Shown: positions 1-7,891 of the stretch, one piece after another
How positions within the stretch are numbered: position 1 is the stretch's first letter
Layout: each line of letters opens with the position of its first letter
Origin: an uncultured Pseudomonadota bacterium
GTDB lineage: Bacteria; Pseudomonadota; Alphaproteobacteria; Rs-D84; CACZYB01
DNA length: 64,000 nucleotides
Reading direction: 5' to 3'
Assembly (NCBI GenBank): GCA_963541275.1
Contig: CAUTSC010000001.1
Coordinates: 73,879 to 137,878, forward strand
Position numbers and translations under genes: made by a program
The notes under the pieces: model-generated
What the model was told of the DNA's origin: nothing
Database searches by the model: none
What the model saw: the letters and a program-made list of their open reading frames with translations, nothing else

Positions 1-391
1 CGGTATATTTTAAAACATCCATCTCACATTTATTCGTGAACTTATCTATTCCATACTCTGTTATGGCTTTTTTTCCACTAATACCCAGCTCTTTTTCAGT
101 TTTCAGTTCAGGTGGCAACCCATGACAATCCCACCCCCAGCGTCTTTTTACCTTTTTACCAAGCATAGTTTGATACCTTGCAACACTATCCTTTGTATAA
201 CTTTGAAGTACATGTCCATAATGAGGAAGCCCATTTGCAAACGGAGGTCCATCATAAAAAACAAACTCATCGCCCCTGTTTTTATCAACAGATTCCTCAA
301 AAACTTTTTCCTCATTCCAAAATCTAAGAACTTGCTCTTCTATCTCTGGAAAATTCGGCTTTACAGCCGTCTCTTTATAATATTTTTTCAT
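1..391 (-). CDS. ileS: Isoleucyl-tRNA synthetase, N-terminal part. The gene continues beyond the window start; the start codon lies at 391-389 on the minus strand.
   Basis: Minus-strand translation MKKYYKETAVKPNFPEIEEQVLRFWNEEKVFEES...FYDGPPFANGLPHYGHVLQSYTKD. It carries the class I HIGH-type motif PHYGH and a type-2 (eukaryote-like) IleS N-terminus; AGGG RBS upstream. The listed + strand ORF 122..469 is its antisense artefact. Confidence 0.8.
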   Translation of the reverse strand, partial: MKKYYKETAVKPNFPEIEEQVLRFWNEEKVFEESVDKNRGDEFVFYDGPPFANGLPHYGHVLQSYTKDSVARYQTMLGKKVKRRWGWDCHGLPPELKTEKELGISGKKAITEYGIDKFTNKCEMDVLKYT

Positions 392-470
392 AACTTTACC
401 CTTAAAATTTTTCAAAATTATTTTAACCTAAATTTATTCCCTTTTCCCCGAAATTCAAGGAATAAATAAA

Positions 471-501
471 AACCACAAAAAAAGCACACTTGCCGTGTGC
501 T
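471..501 (-). terminator. Rho-independent terminator downstream of the 532..1587 gene.
   Basis: Perfect 7-bp stem AGCACAC/GTGTGCT (483-501) followed on the minus strand by a U-run (A-run 471-482 on the + strand). Confidence 0.5.
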
Positions 502-531
502 TTCTAATATACTACAAAACTTTACAAAAAT

Positions 532-1587
532 TTAAAATGAACGTTCACAACTAGCTGCTATTTCTGCAAGCTTTTTAGCTTTATTCAAAACCGCACCACT
601 TACAGCAGTAGTTGTAAGTGAAGTTCCAGCTGTGATTCCAGCCATAATATTGGATGTTAAATCAAGCTTCTTTCTTTTATTTTCTTCTGCTCTAATAGCA
701 TTTGAAACAGCAACAGGATCTGTTCCTTGATAGTGTGTCGGCATATCAGTATTTGCAATTGCAGAAGTCGCAGTCCCAGTAATCGCAGTTGCAGTTCCAA
801 TCCCGGAAATCACCGCAGATGCAGTCATACTATTTTTAATAGTATTTATATCTGTCATATCAAAACCCTTACACGAAGAAATTATATACATAGATCTTTC
901 TATATCTTCTCTCCACATAGATTTCGCTTCTTCTTTCTTATTATTATAATCCACAAGTGCTTTTACTTTATTGTTAATTGAACGAAGTTCACCAAGAACA
1001 GCATTACATTGTTTCATTTTTTCTGCTACCTGTCCCGCATTTACACTTGCAGCAGCACTTGTTCCAACAGAAACTCCCGATGTAGCAGCAGAGGCAGCCA
1101 TCAATCCAGTTCTCACATGACCCAAAGTTTTTTTTGACTTTTCTCCAACTCCATCTTTATTTTTCATAACTCCAACAGCTAATGCCGAAGCTGCAGTTCC
1201 TACTCCAGCAGAACTTACAAAAGTTGTTGCCATGTTTAAATTAAAAATAGTGTTAAGATTGCTTGCAATACCACCACATACAGCTTGTACACCCCCTATT
1301 TTTGTTTTTAAATCTGCAACTGCAAGATGCAATTCTTTAAGTTCTTTTTTATCTTCTTGTGTTTGTTGTCTTACACCAAAATTTGGATCTAATTGCATAG
1401 GAGCAGAAGTATTAACAACAGAACCATCAACTACTTTTGTATCAAGAGAGTTAGATACAGAATTTTCTCTAACCGCTCCATCTGCTGCACTCCTTCTTCT
1501 TCCATTTATTTTTGCATCTACCAGATTTGGCATAAAAAACGAAGCAATTAACATACTTATAACTATTTTACTAACCTTATTTTTCAT
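532..1587 (-). CDS. Hypothetical secreted protein, Ala/Thr/Gly/Ser-rich with a coiled-coil segment.
   Basis: Signal peptide MKNKVSKIVISMLIASFFMPNLVDA. Low-complexity repeats TATAITGTATSAIA and AGITAGTSLTTTAVSGAV. RBS AAGGAGAAAAAA precedes the ATG. It lies downstream of virB3/virB4 in the same orientation. Confidence 0.5.
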   Translation of the reverse strand: MKNKVSKIVISMLIASFFMPNLVDAKINGRRRSAADGAVRENSVSNSLDTKVVDGSVVNTSAPMQLDPNFGVRQQTQEDKKELKELHLAVADLKTKIGGVQAVCGGIASNLNTIFNLNMATTFVSSAGVGTAASALAVGVMKNKDGVGEKSKKTLGHVRTGLMAASAATSGVSVGTSAAASVNAGQVAEKMKQCNAVLGELRSINNKVKALVDYNNKKEEAKSMWREDIERSMYIISSCKGFDMTDINTIKNSMTASAVISGIGTATAITGTATSAIANTDMPTHYQGTDPVAVSNAIRAEENKRKKLDLTSNIMAGITAGTSLTTTAVSGAVLNKAKKLAEIAASCERSF

Positions 1588-1838
1588 ATTTTTTCTCCTT
1601 TTTTTTTAAAGTTAATATACCACCAAAACAAAGGCGGTTGGAGGTTGATTACTATGATAAGAATAGTGCGGTGTATTCAGCAAAAAGCCTTATTTCACCA
1701 GCCCACCAACCATAAAAGGTCGTAGGGCATTTTATGTCCGCGCGGACACTTATCAAAGGTAATCACACCTTAATATTGCACACACAATATCCATTTTATT
1801 TTACACTAAAATACAAGTTGAATCAAGTTATTAAACAA

Positions 1839-2474
1839 CTACCAATTATCACACAATTTATTTACTCTTAAATACTCTTCTTGACTATCATATTCTTGAT
1901 TTTTTAAAACCAGAACTTGTTGTAATTTATCTTTTAAAACTAAAACTTCCGGTGAATTAAAAATTCCATCCAAAACTTTTTCTATCTCTACTTTCTTTCT
2001 ATTTTCTAACATATCACTATTATCAAAAATCTTGTTTTTTATCGCAGTCAAAATCATATTTCCATAATGTTTAAGTTCACTTTGATAAATTTTTACATGC
2101 CCTTTTTCATGTTCTTTTATTGCCTTATATTCACAAGAATTTTTTTTATACTTACTATCTATCAACACATCTAAATTTTTATAACCTAACAACAAAGACA
2201 CTTTTTTCAAACTAACATTTTGCTCATCAACAGGCTCAAATTCTGCATCATATTTCATACGAAAATTCGCAAACGTTAACCCCAAAATCCGGTGATTTGG
2301 TGATATTTTTAAAATCTCAGCTTTATCAACACTTTTATAAACTGGATTTCCATAATTGATAGTTGTAAATACCTTTGGAACATTCGCCCTTACATCAAAA
2401 ATAACAACAAAAACAAAAATAAACAAAGATTTAAGAAAAGCTGTCAAGATAAACCTCCACAAATTTATCCCCAT
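1839..2474 (-). CDS. Hypothetical membrane-anchored or secreted protein with an HExxH motif, a putative zinc metallopeptidase-like protein (DUF922-like). Its start overlaps the virB4 3' end.
   Basis: N-terminal hydrophobic segment. Motif EHEKGHV (HExxH). 44-nt overlap with virB4 suggests co-transcription. Confidence 0.4.
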   Translation of the reverse strand: MGINLWRFILTAFLKSLFIFVFVVIFDVRANVPKVFTTINYGNPVYKSVDKAEILKISPNHRILGLTFANFRMKYDAEFEPVDEQNVSLKKVSLLLGYKNLDVLIDSKYKKNSCEYKAIKEHEKGHVKIYQSELKHYGNMILTAIKNKIFDNSDMLENRKKVEIEKVLDGIFNSPEVLVLKDKLQQVLVLKNQEYDSQEEYLRVNKLCDNW

Positions 2475-4863
2475 GTATTTTTCTTAATTCTTCCGCAATC
2501 AAAACTTGCTTTCTGCCACTATTAAATATCTGTAAATAATTGCCAAGCCCGGACAAATCCACATTCAAAATCACAGATTCGTTTATTGACGGCTTACGAA
2601 ACAAAATAGCATATTTCAAATCTTTAAATATTTTTCCTTGAATAAATGCCATTTCTTTATTGGTTAAATTCCAATTTTCATAATCTTCAATCCTTGCTTG
2701 AACGTTCCTGAAAAATATCTGTGTTTGACATTGTCCCCTTACCACTTCACCTATACCCAACTTATCCAAAATATTGGGTTGCTGGAATGCCGCCAAATAA
2801 GCTTGACGTTTTTTTCGTCCCTCTTGAAGTCCTATTACAAAATTATTCCTAAATTCTGTATTGGCAAGCATAGGTGCAGTCTCATCAATAATAATAAGTG
2901 ATGGATCCGCCGTTCTGGCTGTGATATTTTGTATTCTGTTCATGATATAACTAACCACCGCAGGCGCCAACACTTCATCTTCAAAAATATAGGTAAAATC
3001 AAAGGTTGTGAACCTGTTTGATAAATCTAAATTATCAGATTGATTATTAAACAATAAGCCATATTGATTATCATCAACCCAACGGAATAACTCTCGCCTC
3101 ATTTTTCCAGCCGGAGAAAAACAAGATTTATAAAGGTTTTTTAAACTTCTCTTACTTACATCTAAATAATCAAACGAAGTTGTCACAGCCCTTGCAATTT
3201 CTGTCTCACTAAACGCATCAGTATTAAGTGTAATTTCCTTTAACCAGCGCCTTAAAAAAGCCCTATTTTCCGGAGTATCATCAATCTTAAACGGATTTAA
3301 ATAAGCGGTTGTTCCACCCTTTTTAATTGTATCATCCTTTGTATCACCTTGAAAATTGATATATGCCCCACCTATGGAATAAGTAAATATTTCTGCTCCT
3401 CTGTATCTATCAAAGAAAAAACACCGCAAATCTTTAAAGCGAAGCGATTGCCCAGCCAAAAACGAATAAAGCGTTGTCTTACCTTGACCTGTTGGACCAA
3501 TGGCAACAGTATGCGCCACCGCAGCATCTGCATCATCAATATGAAATTGAAATTGATACGCTGTTCCTTGGTAAGTTGGAAATATAGAAATTGCCCCCTC
3601 ACCCCAATCACATTTTGATTTACCCTCTGGTTGCTTTTCAAAATTAAAACTTGTTGCAACCGCACGTGATAGCATTTTATACATACGCGGATATTTATCA
3701 TAAGTTGGAAATTGTGAAAACCACGAAGCCTGTGCAACCCAACCCTCACGAACCGGAGTAATTCCATAAAGCCTGCAAACTTTTTCTATCTCAAACACAG
3801 ATTTTTCTAACTCTTCCAAACTATCCGCACTTACAAAAAAAGTTTCCGCATAATTTACAAGCGTTTGGTGATCTTCGTCCCCTTGCTCTATTAACGCCAG
3901 CGCATCATCAAATTGCCGTAATACGTCATATGAAAAAGTCGTGGAACTTGCCATATTTTTTTGATTATTAAGTATCATTTGAGCTTTCAGTTTTGAAATA
4001 GGGAAAAGATTATGCACCACATTTACTTCAAAATTTTTGGATAAAATATCACTTAACATCTGCTCGTCAACAACACCTGCTTGCTGCTTTATACCAACAA
4101 CAGCCATGTATTTTCTTTTTGACCCAGATGAAAACCTTATCACTCCTTTATTATCAAAAAATATCTCATCCGCAACCAAAAGTTCACTTATGCTATCATA
4201 AATCATATTTTTTGAAACTGGTGATGGCCTTGAAACCCTGTTTATAATACTTGCAAAAAATGATAACGGACTTTCACTTTTTCCATCCTCAACTAACACT
4301 TCCGCTTCATAATTAGAAAGCATCGCCATAAGATTGGAACTTGCAGTATCTAAATCCTTAATTGCATCCTTTCTGTCATTAACAGACAAAACTATATAAT
4401 GCAAATTTTGAAAAATTTCCGCTTGTGCCTTGTTCCATTTTTCACTTATATTTTTTAAAAGCTTGTTATATTCATTAACTTTTGCCTCTTGATGTATCTT
4501 TTCACGTAAAGTAAAAATCCTTGTCTCAACACTTATTTCTGCCAAACTATCTATCCATTTTTTCCGCTCATCCAACAAATTTTTAATTGTCTCACGCGCC
4601 GCAAAACTAACTGGCATTCCCTTTACTTTAAAAACCCTAACAAGAGTTCCATTTAAACAAAGTATAGTTTTTTTATCATCTAACAACCTGTTAAATGGTA
4701 AATAATCAACAAGCCTTGTATCAAATGGTTTTTTAAGAAAAATATTGGAATTTTTACTAATAAGGAGCATAAAAATCACAGACACAGAAATAACCAGCAA
4801 AGTCCACAACAAATAATCAACTTCCGTCATTTTAAAAAACAATAATTGCTGTAAATTAAACAT
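2431..4863 (-). CDS. virB4: Type IV secretion system ATPase VirB4.
   Basis: 810 aa. Walker A GPTGQGKTT; Walker B/DE region IIIDE. Length and architecture are typical of VirB4/TrbE. It sits immediately downstream of virB3. Confidence 0.9.
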   Translation of the reverse strand: MFNLQQLLFFKMTEVDYLLWTLLVISVSVIFMLLISKNSNIFLKKPFDTRLVDYLPFNRLLDDKKTILCLNGTLVRVFKVKGMPVSFAARETIKNLLDERKKWIDSLAEISVETRIFTLREKIHQEAKVNEYNKLLKNISEKWNKAQAEIFQNLHYIVLSVNDRKDAIKDLDTASSNLMAMLSNYEAEVLVEDGKSESPLSFFASIINRVSRPSPVSKNMIYDSISELLVADEIFFDNKGVIRFSSGSKRKYMAVVGIKQQAGVVDEQMLSDILSKNFEVNVVHNLFPISKLKAQMILNNQKNMASSTTFSYDVLRQFDDALALIEQGDEDHQTLVNYAETFFVSADSLEELEKSVFEIEKVCRLYGITPVREGWVAQASWFSQFPTYDKYPRMYKMLSRAVATSFNFEKQPEGKSKCDWGEGAISIFPTYQGTAYQFQFHIDDADAAVAHTVAIGPTGQGKTTLYSFLAGQSLRFKDLRCFFFDRYRGAEIFTYSIGGAYINFQGDTKDDTIKKGGTTAYLNPFKIDDTPENRAFLRRWLKEITLNTDAFSETEIARAVTTSFDYLDVSKRSLKNLYKSCFSPAGKMRRELFRWVDDNQYGLLFNNQSDNLDLSNRFTTFDFTYIFEDEVLAPAVVSYIMNRIQNITARTADPSLIIIDETAPMLANTEFRNNFVIGLQEGRKKRQAYLAAFQQPNILDKLGIGEVVRGQCQTQIFFRNVQARIEDYENWNLTNKEMAFIQGKIFKDLKYAILFRKPSINESVILNVDLSGLGNYLQIFNSGRKQVLIAEELRKIHGDKFVEVYLDSFS

Positions 4864-4879
4864 AATATTCCTATAGTTT

Positions 4880-5176
4880 TTAAGGTGTAAATTTATTTCC
4901 TTTTTCTTTTACTGCATTTTTTGTATTTCTAACTTTTATATTGCTTCTTGCTGCAATAATTGAACTTATATGCGGTTCTTTTTTTCCAATTAAAATAGCA
5001 ATTCCATGAAGCACTACAAACAAAACCACAGAAAACAAAACATAAGTTCCCTTGCCATACATTAAAAATAACACCATCAATATAACACAAAAAACAAGGT
5101 TCATTATAAACAAAGAAAATGGTGCATAAAATATCACCATAGGCTGTGCCACAGATTTAAGTATTTCCTCTTTCAT
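4880..5176 (-). CDS. virB3: Type IV secretion system protein VirB3.
   Basis: 98 aa with two hydrophobic helices (PMVIFYAPFSLFIMNLVFCVILMVLFLMYG...), 17 nt upstream of virB4. Confidence 0.65.
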   Translation of the reverse strand: MKEEILKSVAQPMVIFYAPFSLFIMNLVFCVILMVLFLMYGKGTYVLFSVVLFVVLHGIAILIGKKEPHISSIIAARSNIKVRNTKNAVKEKGNKFTP

Positions 5177-5377
5177 ACTCCCCTCATATCTTCAAATATT
5201 ATAAGATAGATACAGATTTTTTACAAGAAAATTCAATAACCACTTATGAAACAAAAAATTGTTAACTAAACAAACCCTGTTGTTTTATTGCAAATTTTAT
5301 TCTTCTTTTTCTGTTGACAACTAACTTTTTACAATGATTTTTTTGACAATAAAATATAGGATTTTTTTATAAATTAT

Positions 5378-5700
5378 TATGTTAATATAAAAATTCTTCC
5401 AGGACTCTATTTTCCTATAACGGAAAATAGACAACAAGTATAAAAATTTTACATTATAACCCTATATACTCCAACTCTACGCTTTTATTTTCCTATAAAC
5501 TATTTATGTTAATATAAAAATAACTCTACCAGGACTCTATTTTTCTATATTGAAAAATAGTCTAGCAGTATTTTTTATATTAAACATTTTTGCCCACAAA
5601 GTTTATACTATCCTTAAAGATTTTAGTTCAAATAAATAAAAACTTCCTCCAGAACTCTATTTTTCTTTAATGAAAAATAGTCTACCAGTATATTTTTTAT
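5378..5700. repeat. Tandem array of about 2.5 units of a ~127-bp repeat. Each unit carries a hairpin element of the CTATTTTYC-N6-7-GRAAAATAG family.
   Basis: Units start TTATGTTAATATAAAAAT...CCAGGACTCTATTTT(C/T)C at 5378 and 5505, with a third partial unit at ~5633. Hairpins lie at 5407-5430, 5537-5560 and 5657-5680, and the last two are followed by T-runs. Confidence 0.7.
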
Positions 5701-5734
5701 GAAAAATTTTTGCCTGCAAAAATTATCAAACTCT

Positions 5735-6088
5735 TCACCCATAATCCAATAACGATTGCAGGTTGTATAATACCATTTTTTGCAAAATTATTATCAAATT
5801 TTCACCTATATAAAAATATTTTTGTAAATTTCTTACAAGCAAGTTAAATAGCAAAAATTTTTCCACATTAAAAACTTTCTTACAAAAATTGCAAACTTTT
5901 AAAACAGGCAAATTACTATTTTCAAAAGCACACAACTCCCAACTTTGCTCTATCTCAAAATCAAGATTTTTTGCTTCATCTAACTCGCAAGTTATAGCTT
6001 TTACATGCTTGCAATTTCCATAATCTGGATCCCTTGCAAGCGTATTTACCAAAGTTAATGTGCTTATCACATCATCATATTTAAACAT
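5735..6088 (-). CDS. Small cytoplasmic protein, MFKYDDV family member 1 (paralogues at 32461..32799 and 33828..34166). Function unknown; candidate immunity or partner protein of the adjacent secreted-protein cassette.
   Basis: AGGAG RBS then ATG at 6088. Conserved N-terminus MFKYDDVISTLTLVNTLARDP(D/N)YGN and C-terminus LLVRNLQKYFY...NLIIxLQKMVLYNL. No signal peptide. Confidence 0.6.
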   Translation of the reverse strand: MFKYDDVISTLTLVNTLARDPDYGNCKHVKAITCELDEAKNLDFEIEQSWELCAFENSNLPVLKVCNFCKKVFNVEKFLLFNLLVRNLQKYFYIGENLIIILQKMVLYNLQSLLDYG

Positions 6089-6318
6089 AATTTTTCTCCT
6101 TTTTTGTTTGTTAATGTTAATTATCGTCCCACCCACAATTCACTATCAGCATAGCTTTGCCAAAAACAAAACCACAATGAGAGTAAAAATTTTTTGATTT
6201 AATTTAGACTATATAGCTAGTATTTTGGGTATAGTTTACCCCTTGGTTAGTTATAATATAATCATTATTTTTTCAAAAATCAAGAACAAAATAAAAATTT
6301 TTTACATTTTTTATTAAA

Positions 6319-7068
6319 CTATTCTTGTTTATAAACTTCCAAAGTTGAGTACCTAAATATATTTAATGGATTTTGTGATAACCATTTACAATTGGAATCA
6401 TTAACTCTTTCATTCACAACAAAATTTTCATCATATAATTTATCATTATAGTATTTAGATATATGTTCATAACTAAATAAAACAACATTACCAACCCTCA
6501 CCAAACCTATTCCAATATTATAGAAGTTATTACTAGAATCACAATTTGTCAAATTTATTAGATTTCTATTCTGCACAAACTTTAATGCATTTAAACTATA
6601 TTTTTTTATAAAATCCAACACTTTATTTATATGGTACTCATAAAAACAACTGATCGCATACGAATCAAAAAATAATTTTTCATTATTATTAAGAGTTGTA
6701 ATAGTTAGAAAACTACCTAATAAAACACCATTTTTATTTTTTAATACTAACTTAAATTTATAACTTCCAGGCAACAAAAAACTATCACTAACTACTAGAT
6801 TTTGACTACTTAAATTAGAATCGTTTAATATTTTAGAAAAATCTATCCTAGTTATAAGTTGCCATTCATCTTTTTGCAAACTTTTCATTCCTTTAGCAAC
6901 AGCTTCCGCCAAACTATCTGCACTTGGAACATTATTTCTTATGCTTTCACCCATTGTGTCTTTCCACCAACTTTTCTTTGGAACGCAGGTGTAGAATTCT
7001 TGGGCGTTGACTACGCTCGCAACAAGCAAGCTTGCAATTATTGTTATTTTACTAGTTTTTTTCATCAT
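6319..7068 (-). CDS. Secreted protein, cassette A second gene: conserved N-terminal module plus variable C-terminal domain (homologous to 34798..35472).
   Basis: Start MMKKTSKITIIASLLVASVVNAQEFYTCVPKKSWWKD, conserved with the B and C copies. RBS AAAGGAGAAAAAT. The C-terminal domain shares ITRIDFSKILND...YNIGIGLVRVGNVVLFSYE...IFRYSTLEVYK with copy C. Confidence 0.7.
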   Translation of the reverse strand: MMKKTSKITIIASLLVASVVNAQEFYTCVPKKSWWKDTMGESIRNNVPSADSLAEAVAKGMKSLQKDEWQLITRIDFSKILNDSNLSSQNLVVSDSFLLPGSYKFKLVLKNKNGVLLGSFLTITTLNNNEKLFFDSYAISCFYEYHINKVLDFIKKYSLNALKFVQNRNLINLTNCDSSNNFYNIGIGLVRVGNVVLFSYEHISKYYNDKLYDENFVVNERVNDSNCKWLSQNPLNIFRYSTLEVYKQE

Positions 7069-7087
7069 ATTTTTCTCCTTTCTTTTG

Positions 7088-7597
7088 TTATGATTGTTTA
7101 AACATTTCATATCCAGACGGACAGCTCTTTCTTAAATCAATAAGTTCCATACCATCCGGACATTTTCCATTTGTGATTTTTTTTAGTTCATATCCCTCTG
7201 GGCAGATTCCTTTACTTGGTGCGAATAAGTCCATTCCTACGGGGCAATTTCCGTTTGAAACTTTTATCCCTATTGTACCATCGGGACATACAACTTGATT
7301 ACAACTTTGAAATGTTGTTTTGTTGAGTATCGTTCCAACCGGACAAGATTTACAAAGCCTATCACTTGGCGACCAAAAGTTGTTTGCACCATACCTGTTG
7401 CATTTAACTTTACATCCTGGTTCATTACAGATTGGCTCTTCATCACCCCCGCAAACTTCTTTGCCCCCGGCACTGATACCATATTTTGCGAGCGTCTCAT
7501 GTATAAGTTTTTTTGTTGCTTCGCTTGCCCCAAAAGAACCGGATTTATAGAGCAATAACACAAGCAAAACAGCATACTTAATTTTTGTTTTTTTCAT
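7088..7597 (-). CDS. Secreted cysteine-rich repeat protein, cassette A first gene (CPxG-repeat family; paralogues at 21585..22112 and 35494..36021).
   Basis: Signal peptide MKKTKIKYAVLLVLLLYKSGSFGA. About 16 Cys. Six CPxG units (CPVGTIL, CPDGTIGI, CPVGMDL, CPEGYEL, CPDGMEL, CPSGYEM). RBS AAGGAGGATGAT. Confidence 0.7.
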   Translation of the reverse strand: MKKTKIKYAVLLVLLLYKSGSFGASEATKKLIHETLAKYGISAGGKEVCGGDEEPICNEPGCKVKCNRYGANNFWSPSDRLCKSCPVGTILNKTTFQSCNQVVCPDGTIGIKVSNGNCPVGMDLFAPSKGICPEGYELKKITNGKCPDGMELIDLRKSCPSGYEMFKQS

Positions 7598-7800
7598 ATC
7601 ATCCTCCTTTTCGATAGGAAGCTGAAAACTATCAATGAATGTAAATAGTGTATAGTATTGGGTATTCCTACACCTTCCTACCTTGCAGTAGGATACATTA
7701 CAAAAACATCACCAAAAATGATGCTCACTCATTGAGGGCTTTCAGACCCTTTTATTACCGATACTAAAATAAAAAAAATTCTTATACAAGAAAAATATAT
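7598..7800 (-). promoter_or_regulatory. Conserved structured 5' leader plus promoter-like box of cassette A (copies at 22113..22320 and 36022..36245).
   Basis: All three copies carry, on the minus strand, CTTGTATAA(R)(R)A, then hairpin CCTAC-TGCAAG-GTAGG, then AGGAAGGT, then AATACTATAC(A/G)CTATTT, then (A)ACTTCCTATC (a 7-nt complement of TAGGAAG) just before the RBS. Confidence 0.5.
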
Positions 7801-7891
7801 CTATTGTGGAAATTTTGGATAGAATCCACCCCTGCCGTACTCTACATATATGCATCATAAAATTGAATTTCAAGAGCAAAAATAAATTTTT

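Noticed and set aside
122-469. 115-aa + strand ORF at the window start.
   Set aside because: Low-complexity AT-codon translation lying antisense to a clear ileS N-terminus (PHYGH motif) on the minus strand; an artefact.
727-1609. ORFs 727..981 and 1232..1609 (+), plus many 60-130-aa ORFs antisense to large genes (for example 3349..3767, 14965..15183, 26020..26208, 37598..37930, 46165..46575, 61243..62590).
   Set aside because: All lie fully within, and opposite to, well-supported genes. They have skewed low-complexity composition typical of antisense frames in AT-rich DNA, and no RBS or homology.
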